Below are positions 27,453-36,771 of a DNA stretch of 64,000 nt, piece by piece. The stretch comes from an uncultured delta proteobacterium (GTDB lineage: Bacteria; Myxococcota; Myxococcia; Myxococcales; Myxococcaceae): assembly GCA_963713045.1 (NCBI GenBank), contig CAVQKE010000003.1, positions 704,001 to 768,000 of the forward strand. The letters run 5' to 3'. The first letter of the stretch is position 1; each line of letters starts with the position of its first letter. The translations under genes were made by a program, and so were the position numbers. The notes below the pieces were generated by a model, which made no database searches, was not told the origin of the DNA, and saw nothing but the letters and a program-made list of their open reading frames with translations.

Positions 27453-28253
27453 CTAACCCCAGCGGCTCACCAGCCGTTCGCGGTCAAACAGACGGACACT
27501 GGCCACCACCAGTCCGACGTCGAGCAGAAGTACCAACACCCCTTGCAGCGCATAGTAGGCGGTCCCCGCTCGCAGCCATCCCGCCAGCTGCCCGGCCACC
27601 AGTCCCATCAGCGGCAGCACCACCAGGGCCGACAGCTGCTGCGCGAGCCGTGCCTCTCCCACCCGAGCCGAGACCAGCACGGCAATGCCATTGCCAAGGA
27701 AGGCGTACAGCGGAGCCACCACGCCCACGCCGAACAGCCACATGCGGTTGGGCAGCACCGGTGCATGCAACAGCGGCCAAGCCACAACGTCCACGGCGAT
27801 GCAGAAGACGACGAAGGCCACCCAGGAGATGACCACCGCTGGGACCACCGCGGCCACGCTTTTGCCAGCCACCAGCTCGGCAGACGTCACCGGCGAGGCC
27901 AGCAGCGGCTCCAGGGTGCGTCGCTCCTTTTCGCCGGCCACACTTTGCGAGGCGATGAGGATGGGCGTGAAGAGCGGCATCAACAAAAAGAGGCCGAACC
28001 AGTCGGTCAGCACTTTCCCCACCAGGAAGCGGGTGGGGTTCGCTCCGGAGGGAAAGCGCGGGTCGTAGTAGAGGGCCATCGCGCGAAAGGTGGCGTCATC
28101 CGGAGCGCGGACCCAGGCCCACACCAGCAGCGTCGGCACCAGCACCAGCACCGCTGGCAGCGCAAACATGCTCCACACCAGGCCCGGGTTTTTGCGCAAA
28201 TCGAGCCCATCCTTCCAGGCCACCGCCGCCGCCCGACGCCAGTGAAACCTCAT
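27453..28253 (-). CDS. ABC-2 type transporter permease
   Basis: SVAGEKERRTLEPLLASP...LVAGK motif; about 6 TM segments. Confidence 0.9.
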   Translation of the reverse strand: MRFHWRRAAAVAWKDGLDLRKNPGLVWSMFALPAVLVLVPTLLVWAWVRAPDDATFRAMALYYDPRFPSGANPTRFLVGKVLTDWFGLFLLMPLFTPILIASQSVAGEKERRTLEPLLASPVTSAELVAGKSVAAVVPAVVISWVAFVVFCIAVDVVAWPLLHAPVLPNRMWLFGVGVVAPLYAFLGNGIAVLVSARVGEARLAQQLSALVVLPLMGLVAGQLAGWLRAGTAYYALQGVLVLLLDVGLVVASVRLFDRERLVSRWG

Positions 28254-29176
28254 TCGGCGCTCTCCTCGGCAGCCGCGTCGCGGACCAGCTCCAGGTAGAC
28301 GTCCTCCAGCGAACGGGCCGAAGGCACGGCGCTGCGCACCCGCACCCCGGCGCCCACCAGGGCCGCCACCACGTCGGGTGCTCGGCCCTCTTCCTCCAGC
28401 GTCACCCGAAGCAGCGGGCCATCCGCCGTCCAGGGCGGCCCGAGGGCAGCCAGTGCGGCGCCCGCCGCCTCGCCCTCCCCTTCGACCCGCACCTCAAGGA
28501 CGGTGCCCCGGTGGCGAAGCACGCTGATTGGCCCTTCCGCCAGAAGGCGGGTGCGCACCACCGCCACTCGGCTACAGAGGCGCTCCACTTCGGCCAGGTT
28601 GTGCGAACAGAGGATGATGGTTCGGCCGTCCGCGGCCAATTCGGCAACCGCGTCGCGCACCGTTCGCGCCGCCTCGGGGTCAAGTCCGCTGGTCGGCTCG
28701 TCCAGGAAGAGGACCTCCGGCTCGTGCACCAGGGCGCGCACAATGGCCAGCTTCTGTCGCATGCCTTTGCTGTAGCTGCCGCAGGCCTCGTCCTCCCGGC
28801 CGAGCAGGCCGAAGCGACGCAGGTAGACTCGCGCCCGCTCCCACGCGAGCGTCTCGTCGAGCTCGTTGAGACGGATGAAAAAGCGAAGGTTTTCGCGACC
28901 GGTGAGGCGGTCATAGAGGCCGGGCTGTTCGGTGAGCAGCCCCACCGCACCGCGCAGCGCCTCGCCGTCGCCAAGGCCGTGGTCGCACACCCGTGCCGTG
29001 CCGGTGCTGGGCCGGAGCAGTCCGGCGAGCATGCGAACGGTGGTTGTTTTTCCGGCGCCATTCGGCCCGAGCAACCCAAACACCTCGCCGGACTGGACCG
29101 CGAAGGACAGCCCCTCCACTGCTGTGCGACCGCCAAACTGCTTGCCGAGGCCGTGGACCTCGATGCGTGCCGTCAC
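28250..29176 (-). CDS. ABC transporter ATP-binding protein
   Basis: GPNGAGKTT, YSKGMRQK, LFLDEPTSGLDP and SH motifs; GTG start overlaps the upstream stop. Confidence 0.93.
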   Translation of the reverse strand: MTARIEVHGLGKQFGGRTAVEGLSFAVQSGEVFGLLGPNGAGKTTTVRMLAGLLRPSTGTARVCDHGLGDGEALRGAVGLLTEQPGLYDRLTGRENLRFFIRLNELDETLAWERARVYLRRFGLLGREDEACGSYSKGMRQKLAIVRALVHEPEVLFLDEPTSGLDPEAARTVRDAVAELAADGRTIILCSHNLAEVERLCSRVAVVRTRLLAEGPISVLRHRGTVLEVRVEGEGEAAGAALAALGPPWTADGPLLRVTLEEEGRAPDVVAALVGAGVRVRSAVPSARSLEDVYLELVRDAAAEESAE

Positions 29177-31491
29177 TCGATGGTCACCAACACGAACTTG
29201 ACGTTGAGGTTCCGGTCGATGGGATTCACCGTCTTGTCCGCACCGACCGCCTGGCGCAGCAGCCCAATCCGTGCCTGTTCCACCAAGGCCCACTTCCGGC
29301 CTGGAAGCTGCCCGTAAGCCGTGAGGCGCGGGGCACTGTCCTTGTCCTGGCGCACCGTGTTTCGGCTGTAAAAGGTCTCGCCCTTCCAGTCCATCATGTA
29401 AGCGGCAATCGGCTCAGTCGGACGGCGCTGGTCGTAGTAACGCCAAAACAGGTCGCGCTGGGTCCAGTGGTGCGAGAGGTCCACCCAGCGGCTCCAGCTG
29501 AACCAGAGGGCGAAGCCCAGCGCCAGGGCGCAGAATGTCGTGAAGAGCTCGGCCCGCGCCCGTCGCACCGCCGCCACCACCAGTGCCGCGCCGGCCAGGG
29601 TGAAGGTCCAGCCCATGCACGCCTTAACGTTGAGGGGCTGTCGGAGGAGCACGATGAGCGGGTCATTCGCGCCGAGGCGTACCCCGGCGATGAGGAGCAC
29701 CGCGGCAATGGCCGCGATGAACCAAACCATCCCCATCGCCCCACGCCGCTGCTTGCCCTTGAGCTGCATCGCAGCGGCCAAGGCGAAGGCCGCCGCGGCC
29801 GCCATGAAGATGGCCCACACGAAAAGCGGGGACGCTCCGGCCACTTTCCCCGCCACCAAGGCGGCCAGCCCGGTGGCGGCGAGCACCACCGCGGAAAGAC
29901 GCCCCGACCAACCCTCCGTCCGGTCCTTGGAGCCGTCGACGAAGAAATAGGCTGCGGCCGCCATCAGCACCGCCGCCATCACGTCCGCCGTTTGCAGGAC
30001 GTGGTCGCCGAACCGGATGGCGCGGGTGTCGAGGTCAACCGGGTAGGGCCGCTCATAGTTGTAGACGAAGAGGTCGGTAAAGTTCTTCGGATTGCTGACC
30101 AGGTCCTTCCCCACCAGGATGAAAAAGACCAGCCCCAAAAGCAGGCTCACTCCGTGGGCGGCGATGCCGTCTTCCCAGAGTTCATCGACGAAGAGCGCCA
30201 CCAGGATGGCGAGTCCCGGCAGCACCGGCAGCACATAGTGATGAAACTTGGTGGCCGAGGCGTCCATCAAGAAGAAGGCCAGCACCGTCCAGGCCAGCGC
30301 GATGAAGGCCACCCGAGTGCGGGTGTCCTGCGCGCCAAAGCGGAGGCGAGCAGCGCCGGCCAAGGCGCCGGGGACCAGGGCCACCCAGGGGAAGATGGCG
30401 AAGCCGCCTTGCTCGATGAAGTAGATGAATGTCCCGCCCGGCGTGGTGGTGTGCACGCCCTCGAGCAACCGGTTGATGTGGTCGTGGATGAAGAACCGGT
30501 AGAAGAAAGTCTTGTTTTCCGAATCCACCGCCGGGAAGAGCGACAGCGTGAGGTACCAGGGAAGGGCCACCGCCAGAAACACGGCAATGCCCGAAAAGAG
30601 GTGCATCCTGCCCATCTCGGCGAAAAGCACCGGGGTTGGCGTCGCCGTTCCACTTGCCGTTCGCCCCCTGCGCCACGGCCGTAAAAGCCGCTCGGACAGC
30701 CACCGGCCGTGGGCTTCGAAGCTTTCCCACGTCCAGGGGAACAGAAAGAAGGCGGCGTAAAAGAGGAGAATGACCGCCGGAAGGGCGAAGCCGAGCAGGC
30801 CCTTGGCCAAGGTGGAGAGGCCGAGCAGCACGTAGAAGGCGTACCACCACCCAGCGCGATGGCGCGTCTGAGTGTCGAAGAGGGCGATGAGCGCACAGGC
30901 CATCGCGGCGAGGAGGGCCGCCACGAAGGGCGTGTCGGTCACCGCCTGCCGAGTGATGAGGAAGTAGAGGGGCATGGTGGCCAGCACGAATGCCGCGGTG
31001 AGGCCGACCCGCCGATTCACTGTCCGCGCCAGAGCCCAGGCGAGCAGCGCCAGCGCCGCCGCTGAGGCGAGCGCAAAGGGCAGGCGCATCGCCCACTCCG
31101 TATACAGCGGCAGTTTCCCGGTCCCGCGGTTGACGCCCACCAACAACATTCCCGGCACTTCCATCCACATGGCGAGCGGCGGTTTGCTGAAAAACCAAGG
31201 GCTCTGCGCAACGTCCCCGCTGTCTTGCCGCGGATAGACGTAGTCGGCGTAGGCAATCATCTCCCGGCCGACTTCCCCATAGTGGGTTTCCCAAGGGTCC
31301 CACAGGCCCACCGCTCCGACGTACGGGACGAAGACCAACGCGGCCAACAGCCCCGCGCCGCCGGCGACGCGCCACGGCTCAGGGAGCGCCCTGAGGCGCT
31401 TCACCCAACGGTGATTCCACACGCCTGAACCCAAAAGGGTCTCCAGGACGCCCGAACCTTGAACGTTCGCCTCTGCGGAAGGCTTTCTCAC
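29173..31491 (-). CDS. GT-C fold membrane glycosyltransferase (ArnT/PMT-like)
   Basis: LWDPWETHYGEVGREM, FFSKPPL, WAMRLP, QAVTDTPF, LAKG and TKFHHY motifs; many TM helices; start approximate. Confidence 0.85.
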   Translation of the reverse strand: MRKPSAEANVQGSGVLETLLGSGVWNHRWVKRLRALPEPWRVAGGAGLLAALVFVPYVGAVGLWDPWETHYGEVGREMIAYADYVYPRQDSGDVAQSPWFFSKPPLAMWMEVPGMLLVGVNRGTGKLPLYTEWAMRLPFALASAAALALLAWALARTVNRRVGLTAAFVLATMPLYFLITRQAVTDTPFVAALLAAMACALIALFDTQTRHRAGWWYAFYVLLGLSTLAKGLLGFALPAVILLFYAAFFLFPWTWESFEAHGRWLSERLLRPWRRGRTASGTATPTPVLFAEMGRMHLFSGIAVFLAVALPWYLTLSLFPAVDSENKTFFYRFFIHDHINRLLEGVHTTTPGGTFIYFIEQGGFAIFPWVALVPGALAGAARLRFGAQDTRTRVAFIALAWTVLAFFLMDASATKFHHYVLPVLPGLAILVALFVDELWEDGIAAHGVSLLLGLVFFILVGKDLVSNPKNFTDLFVYNYERPYPVDLDTRAIRFGDHVLQTADVMAAVLMAAAAYFFVDGSKDRTEGWSGRLSAVVLAATGLAALVAGKVAGASPLFVWAIFMAAAAAFALAAAMQLKGKQRRGAMGMVWFIAAIAAVLLIAGVRLGANDPLIVLLRQPLNVKACMGWTFTLAGAALVVAAVRRARAELFTTFCALALGFALWFSWSRWVDLSHHWTQRDLFWRYYDQRRPTEPIAAYMMDWKGETFYSRNTVRQDKDSAPRLTAYGQLPGRKWALVEQARIGLLRQAVGADKTVNPIDRNLNVKFVLVTIE

Positions 31492-31732
31492 GGGCCGCGC
31501 TTCTAGCACGACGCCCTGGCCCCAACGCGCTCTCTCGGCACACACCCGAGTAGCCTCGGGGCCACCACCCGGGGGCGCAGCACCCGGCTTGGATGGCCTC
31601 ACCTCCAGTGGCGCTTCGGGGAGTCGCACACTGCGACACATCGACGGCCGCCCTGGCCCTTTGGGTTGGGGGGGTGACGTCCGCGTCTGGTATACCCCGC
31701 CAAATCGGCGAAGCCCGCCCCCGATTCTCCGG

Positions 31733-33262
31733 ATGAAGCTGGTCATCGAAGACGACGAGGGGAAGCGCGAGGAATTTCCCGTCGACGGGCTGGACGAAGT
31801 CACTCTCGGCCGGGGGCCGGACAACACTGTCCAGCTGCCCGAGCGCAACGTCTCCAGAAGGCACGCACGCCTCTACGCCGAAGGCGGGACCTTCCTGGTG
31901 GAGGACTTGCATTCGGCCAACGGCACCCTGCTGAACGGGACGAAGGTGACCACCCCGCGGGCGCTCCAAGATGGGGACATGCTCCGCATCGGTGACTACG
32001 GCGTCGTCCTTCAGCACGACACCGACATCCATCGCATTCAGGTGATTGAGGCGGCGGACACCGGCGAGTCCGAGCCGGTCATCCACGATACGGCCCCCCA
32101 CCCGGTGGCCAACCTGGTGGCTGAGGTCCAACCCCGACTGTTGGCACTCAACGGGCGTCTCCGGGGGACGCTGTGGACAATCGGCCGCTCGGAGGTACGC
32201 ATCGGGAAGGACCCCCAGGCCGAGCTCTCCATTCCGCAGCGCTCGCTGGCCGACCATCACGCGCGGCTGGTCCAGACTTCCGGGAATGACTGGCGCATCC
32301 AGGAGGTCGGCCGAAACAAAGTGCGGGTGAATGGCGTGGCCTACGCGGACGCCCCGCTCAAAGACGGCGACGTCCTCGGCCTCGGCGCGCTCCGTTTGCG
32401 CTTCATCGGCCCCGGGGCCCCGGCCCCCCAACTTCCCGGCCGTTCCAAGCCACGCCTGCCCTTGCTGCTCGCACTGGCCGCGCTGGTCGTTCTGGCTGTG
32501 CTCGGCGTGCGCCAGTGGAGGCTGCGTGCGGCTTCCCCCAGCCCCGGGCCACCCGCCCCAGCCGAAGAGCCCGTTCTCGAAGTCGCCCCTCCCACCGTTG
32601 CTCCGCCGGCCGCTGCGGTGGTGGCCACACCCCCTCCCCCACTCTCCAGCGACCCGTTGGTCCAAGCCCGGGCCGCCATGCAGGCCCGGGACTTCGCGCA
32701 CGCCCTGCAGCTCCTCAACGCGGTGAAGGACCCGCATCGGGCGAGCGAAGTCGCCTCGCTGCGGAAGACTGCCCGGGCCGAGGCGGCCGCGGGGCGGGCA
32801 GTCGCCGCTGCCCAGCGGGAACTGGACGCCGGACGTCCGGGTGCCGCGCTGCGGCAGCTGAAAGGGGCCCGCGGGACGCATGCCTATGCGCTGGAGGCGG
32901 AGGTCCTCCGGGCCCGGGCCACCGAGGCGCTCCGGCCCAAAAAGGCCGGCCAGGGCACGCCTGCACCGAGCGAAGCGCTGGCCCTGTACCAGGAAGGGCG
33001 CCGTCTGTACGACGCGGGCCAGCTCCCGGCGGCCGTCACCGCCTTTGCCCATTGCCTGCAGAAGGACGCGGATTTTGCGCGATGCCACCTCATGCTGGGC
33101 TCGAGCTATGACAAGCTAGGCCAAATGGACGACGCTGAGCGGCACTACCGACGCTTTCTCGCCCTGGCCTCGCCCGACGACCCAGAAGTGCCCCGAGTGA
33201 AGAAGGTTCTTGAGGATTCGGAAAACCAGAAGAAAGCTACGGGACAACCCCCCCTGCGCTAG
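31733..33262 (+). CDS. Membrane protein with two FHA domains, one TM helix and C-terminal TPRs
   Basis: TLGRGPDN...NVSRRHA...DLHSANGT (canonical FHA); second degenerate FHA (IGKDP...SLADHHA); TM LPLLLALAALVVLAVLGV; TPR CHLMLGSSY...AERHYRRFL. Confidence 0.85.
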   Translation: MKLVIEDDEGKREEFPVDGLDEVTLGRGPDNTVQLPERNVSRRHARLYAEGGTFLVEDLHSANGTLLNGTKVTTPRALQDGDMLRIGDYGVVLQHDTDIHRIQVIEAADTGESEPVIHDTAPHPVANLVAEVQPRLLALNGRLRGTLWTIGRSEVRIGKDPQAELSIPQRSLADHHARLVQTSGNDWRIQEVGRNKVRVNGVAYADAPLKDGDVLGLGALRLRFIGPGAPAPQLPGRSKPRLPLLLALAALVVLAVLGVRQWRLRAASPSPGPPAPAEEPVLEVAPPTVAPPAAAVVATPPPPLSSDPLVQARAAMQARDFAHALQLLNAVKDPHRASEVASLRKTARAEAAAGRAVAAAQRELDAGRPGAALRQLKGARGTHAYALEAEVLRARATEALRPKKAGQGTPAPSEALALYQEGRRLYDAGQLPAAVTAFAHCLQKDADFARCHLMLGSSYDKLGQMDDAERHYRRFLALASPDDPEVPRVKKVLEDSENQKKATGQPPLR

Positions 33263-33270
33263 GAGACGCG

Positions 33271-33864
33271 ATGCAGATCCGCATCCTGGTCGTCGATGAT
33301 GAGAAGGAAACCGGCGACTACCTCCAGCTGCTTCTCAGCAAGGCCGGCTACGAAGTGGTCGCCCTCACCGACCCGACCCAAGTCCTCGACCGCCTGCGAG
33401 GAGAGGACTTTCACCTGGTCATCCTGGACATGATGATGCCGCAGATGTCCGGAACCGAGGTGTTGGAGAGGATTCGCTCCTTCGACTCGGACATCGCGGT
33501 CATCGTCGCCACCGCGCACCCGGCGGTGGACACCGCGGTGGCCTCCCTCAAGGCCCAAGCCTCGGACTACGTGAAGAAGCCGGTGGAGCCCGAAGAGCTG
33601 CTGGCCGCGGTGGAGGCGGCCCTCGCCAAGAAGGGGCTCAGCAAGGACCCGGAAGCCGAGCTGCACCGGGCCATTGGCCGCACCATCCGCGAGGCGCGCA
33701 AGAGCCAGGAGCTGACGCTAAAGCAGCTTGCCAGGCGCACCGGGCTGTCGGTTTCACTGCTCAGCCAAATCGAGCGCGCCGAGTCCTCGGCCTCCATTAG
33801 CTCGCTCTACAAAATTGCGTCCGCCCTCCGGTTGCGGATGGCGGAACTCTTCGGCGGAGCCTGA
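33271..33864 (+). CDS. digR: Response regulator REC + XRE-HTH (DigR orthologue)
   Basis: ILVVDDE, ILDMMMP and DYVKKP receiver motifs; LTLKQLARRTGLSVSLLSQIERAESSASISSLYKIA HTH; architecture and position near ftsZ match M. xanthus DigR as I recall it. Confidence 0.85.
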   Translation: MQIRILVVDDEKETGDYLQLLLSKAGYEVVALTDPTQVLDRLRGEDFHLVILDMMMPQMSGTEVLERIRSFDSDIAVIVATAHPAVDTAVASLKAQASDYVKKPVEPEELLAAVEAALAKKGLSKDPEAELHRAIGRTIREARKSQELTLKQLARRTGLSVSLLSQIERAESSASISSLYKIASALRLRMAELFGGA

Positions 33865-33868
33865 GGCC

Positions 33869-34642
33869 CTACTCGCCGCGGAAGCGCGGCGCGCGACGTT
33901 CCCGCGCTGCGGCACGGCCTTCAGCCGCGTCTGCCGAAGCGAAGGCCTGCGCCCGCACCGCTTCCAGCTCCAGCCGGTCTGCCTCGGAAAGCGTATTCCG
34001 GGCGAGGCGGCGAAGGAGCAGCCGGGTCCCGGCCATCGCCAAGGGGGCCGCCTCTGCCAACTCCTCCGCCAGAGCCCGCCCAGCGGCGACCGCGTCCGGC
34101 TCCACCCGGTCCAGCAACCCCCACCGCAACGCGATGTCACTACCCACCGTGCGCCCGGTCAGCAGCATTTCCCGCGTCCGCTGCAGGCCGACCAGCTGGG
34201 CCAGACGCCAGACCCCTGCGGGGGCATAGACAATTCCCAATTTGAGAGGCGGCAGGCAGAACACGGCATCCGAGCTGCCGATGCGAAAGTCGCAGCAGCA
34301 CGCCAACTCGCACCCGGCACCAAAGGCGGCACCGGCCACCACGGCGACCGACGGACAGGGCGCCTCCTCCAGGGCCCGAAACACCTGCTGCAGCAGCGCA
34401 TCCGGCGCGCGTCCAGCGGCTGCGTCCTCCTCCAGCGTATGCAAGTCATAGCCCGCAGAAAACGCCGCGCCCTCGCCTTCCAAGACCAGCGCCCGGACCC
34501 CGACGCGCGGCGAGACGGCCTGGTCCAGGGAGACAAGCATCCCGCGGGTGAGGGCGTTGCGGCTCGCCGGACGACGCAGCGTCACCACTCGAACACCGCT
34601 TGGGAGGTCCTCGCAGCGGACGGTGCTCTCGGCTTCGGTCAT
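33869..34642 (-). CDS. Crotonase-superfamily protein (ScpB/methylmalonyl-CoA decarboxylase-like features)
   Basis: FSAGYDL, GAAFGAGCEL, FCLPPLKLGIVY, APLA and ERRAPRF motifs. Confidence 0.85.
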   Translation of the reverse strand: MTEAESTVRCEDLPSGVRVVTLRRPASRNALTRGMLVSLDQAVSPRVGVRALVLEGEGAAFSAGYDLHTLEEDAAAGRAPDALLQQVFRALEEAPCPSVAVVAGAAFGAGCELACCCDFRIGSSDAVFCLPPLKLGIVYAPAGVWRLAQLVGLQRTREMLLTGRTVGSDIALRWGLLDRVEPDAVAAGRALAEELAEAAPLAMAGTRLLLRRLARNTLSEADRLELEAVRAQAFASADAAEGRAAARERRAPRFRGE

Positions 34643-34854
34643 GGTTCGAGCACCACCAGCACATCCCCCTCATTCACCGCTTGCGCCGGCGTGCAGCGCA
34701 CTTCCTTCACCCTCCCCGCCTCGGGAGCTTCAATCGGCATCTCCATCTTCATCGACTCGAGGATGACCAGCACTTCGCCGGCAGTCACTTGTTGACCCAC
34801 CGACACCTCCACCTTCCACACCGTCCCGGTGATGTGCGCCGCCACGTCCGACAT
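34639..34854 (-). CDS. Stand-alone biotin carboxyl carrier protein (71 aa)
   Basis: ILESMKME biotinylation motif. Confidence 0.92.
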   Translation of the reverse strand: MSDVAAHITGTVWKVEVSVGQQVTAGEVLVILESMKMEMPIEAPEAGRVKEVRCTPAQAVNEGDVLVVLEP

Positions 34855-34890
34855 GGTGTCTCTCCCTCTTGCCAGGCTGCGGGTGGCCCC

Positions 34891-36240
34891 TCAACCCTTG
34901 GCATGCTTTTCCAAAAAATGGGTGTCCAAGACACCCTCCTGAAATGCCCGGTCGCGGACAACGCGCAGGTGCAACGGCAGGTTGGTCTTGATGCCGTCCA
35001 CCTGGAAGCTGAGCAACGCGCGCTCGGCCCGCTCGATGGCTTCCCGGCGGTCGCGGCCCGAGATGATGAGCTTGGCAATCAAAGGGTCATAGTAGGGCGT
35101 CACGACATCGCCCTCGGCGTAGCCCGCATCCACCCGGACACCGTCCCCCTCGGGCAGCCGAAACGCCGTCAGCCGCCCTGGGCTGGGCAAGAAGCGGACC
35201 GGGTCCTCGGCGTAAATTCGAAACTCAAGCGCGTGTCCCGACCGCTGCACATCATCCTGACGGACGGTGAGTGGCTCGCCGGCGGCAATGCGGAGCTGCC
35301 AGCCAATCAGGTCGAGCCCAGTGGTTAACTCAGTGACCGGGTGCTCCACCTGCAGCCGGGCGTTCATCTCGACGAAGTAGAAGCCTTCCCCGTTCACCAG
35401 GAACTCCACCGTCCCAGCATTGGCGTACCCAAAGGCACGAGCCGCCGCGAGGGCTGCCTCCACCATGGCCTCGCGCAGCTGGACGTTCTGCCCGCCGAGG
35501 AAGAGCGGGCTCCCCGCTTCTTCCACCACCTTTTGATGGCGGCGTTGGATGCTGCACTCACGCTCTAAGGCGTGGATGAGGTTGCCGGAGCGGTCCCCGA
35601 GAACTTGGACTTCCACGTGCCGCGGCGAAGCAAAATAGGACTCGAGGTAGACGCCCTCACGCCCGAAGGCGGCCTTGGCTCGGTCCGAGGCCTGTCGGAA
35701 GGCCTTCTCCAACTCGGCCGCGGTGTGCGCCACCGCCATGCCGATGCCGCCACCGCCACCGGCAGCCTTGACCAGCACCGGGTAGCCGATGCGCTCGGCC
35801 TGTACCGCCGCTGCGGAAAGGTCCTCCACCACGCCGGGACTGCCCGGGACCAGCGGTACGCCAGCCTCCGCCGCCAGCGCACGCGCGACTGCCTTGTCCT
35901 TCATCCGGGCCATCGCCTCGGGTGGCGGTCCCACAAACACCAGTCCCACAGCGGTGCAGGCACGTGCGAAGTCAGCGTTCTCGGACAAAAAGCCATAGCC
36001 CGGGTGGACCGCCTCTGCGCCCGTCTGTCGTGCGGCGGCCAACAGCGCCTCGCTGTTGAGGTAGCTGTCGCGGACGGGCGCCGGCCCGAGTCGCACCGCC
36101 TGGCTGGCTTCGTGGACGTGAGGCAGCCCGGCGTCGGCGTCCGAGTAGACGGCGACCGTCTCGAGCCCCATTCCCTGTGCCACGCGGTTGATGCGCCGGG
36201 CGATTTCCCCCCGGTTGGCGATGAGCAGCCGGCGGAACAT
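34891..36240 (-). CDS. accC: Biotin carboxylase
   Basis: LIANRGEIA, HPGYGFLSEN, GGGGIGM, ERECSIQRRHQK, EMNARLQVEHPVTE and YYDPLIAKL motifs. Confidence 0.9.
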   Translation of the reverse strand: MFRRLLIANRGEIARRINRVAQGMGLETVAVYSDADAGLPHVHEASQAVRLGPAPVRDSYLNSEALLAAARQTGAEAVHPGYGFLSENADFARACTAVGLVFVGPPPEAMARMKDKAVARALAAEAGVPLVPGSPGVVEDLSAAAVQAERIGYPVLVKAAGGGGGIGMAVAHTAAELEKAFRQASDRAKAAFGREGVYLESYFASPRHVEVQVLGDRSGNLIHALERECSIQRRHQKVVEEAGSPLFLGGQNVQLREAMVEAALAAARAFGYANAGTVEFLVNGEGFYFVEMNARLQVEHPVTELTTGLDLIGWQLRIAAGEPLTVRQDDVQRSGHALEFRIYAEDPVRFLPSPGRLTAFRLPEGDGVRVDAGYAEGDVVTPYYDPLIAKLIISGRDRREAIERAERALLSFQVDGIKTNLPLHLRVVRDRAFQEGVLDTHFLEKHAKG

Positions 36241-36351
36241 TGGGCGCGGGCACCCTACCATGCTGCCCCGCCAATGCGCCCCCCCAACGTTGCGCCTTTC
36301 GATCTCAGTCGGCTACCCTCGTTACACCCCGTGGAGCCTCGGCCGAAGAAG

Positions 36352-36732
36352 ATGCGAGCGCACAGCAGCAGCGGCAGCTCCCGGGTCGTGCACCTCTCGG
36401 TGGTGCGGGCCCGTAGCCGTCTCGACGCTTACCAGCAGGCCATTGGCGCGGTGCTCGCTGCCAACCGACGGACGTTTGGCCGGCTGCACGCCTCCGGAAC
36501 GCTGTTTAGCCCGGAGGGTGTGCGCGCCGGCCGGGACTTGCTTCTGGCCCATCAGCACCTGTTGCGAGTGGTGGCGCTCCTCCAACGACTCTCGGCGCGG
36601 ACCCATCTCCGCGGCCCAATCGCGGTGGCCCGTTTTGAAGGCGTCTGCCGAGAACTCGACCGTCGGCTGGAGCGAGCCTCGGCACTGGCAGAACGTACCG
36701 GGGCTCACCTTGGCCGAATGGTCGGTCGCTGA
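36352..36732 (+). CDS. Hypothetical helical protein
   Basis: Fills the gap between accC and the next gene; plausible helical sequence (ANRRTFGRLHASGTLFSPEGVRAGRDLLLAHQHLLRV). Confidence 0.6.
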   Translation: MRAHSSSGSSRVVHLSVVRARSRLDAYQQAIGAVLAANRRTFGRLHASGTLFSPEGVRAGRDLLLAHQHLLRVVALLQRLSARTHLRGPIAVARFEGVCRELDRRLERASALAERTGAHLGRMVGR

Positions 36733-36771
36733 AATGGCCGGTCCGACGTCTGGTACAACCTCGCCCGGTCG

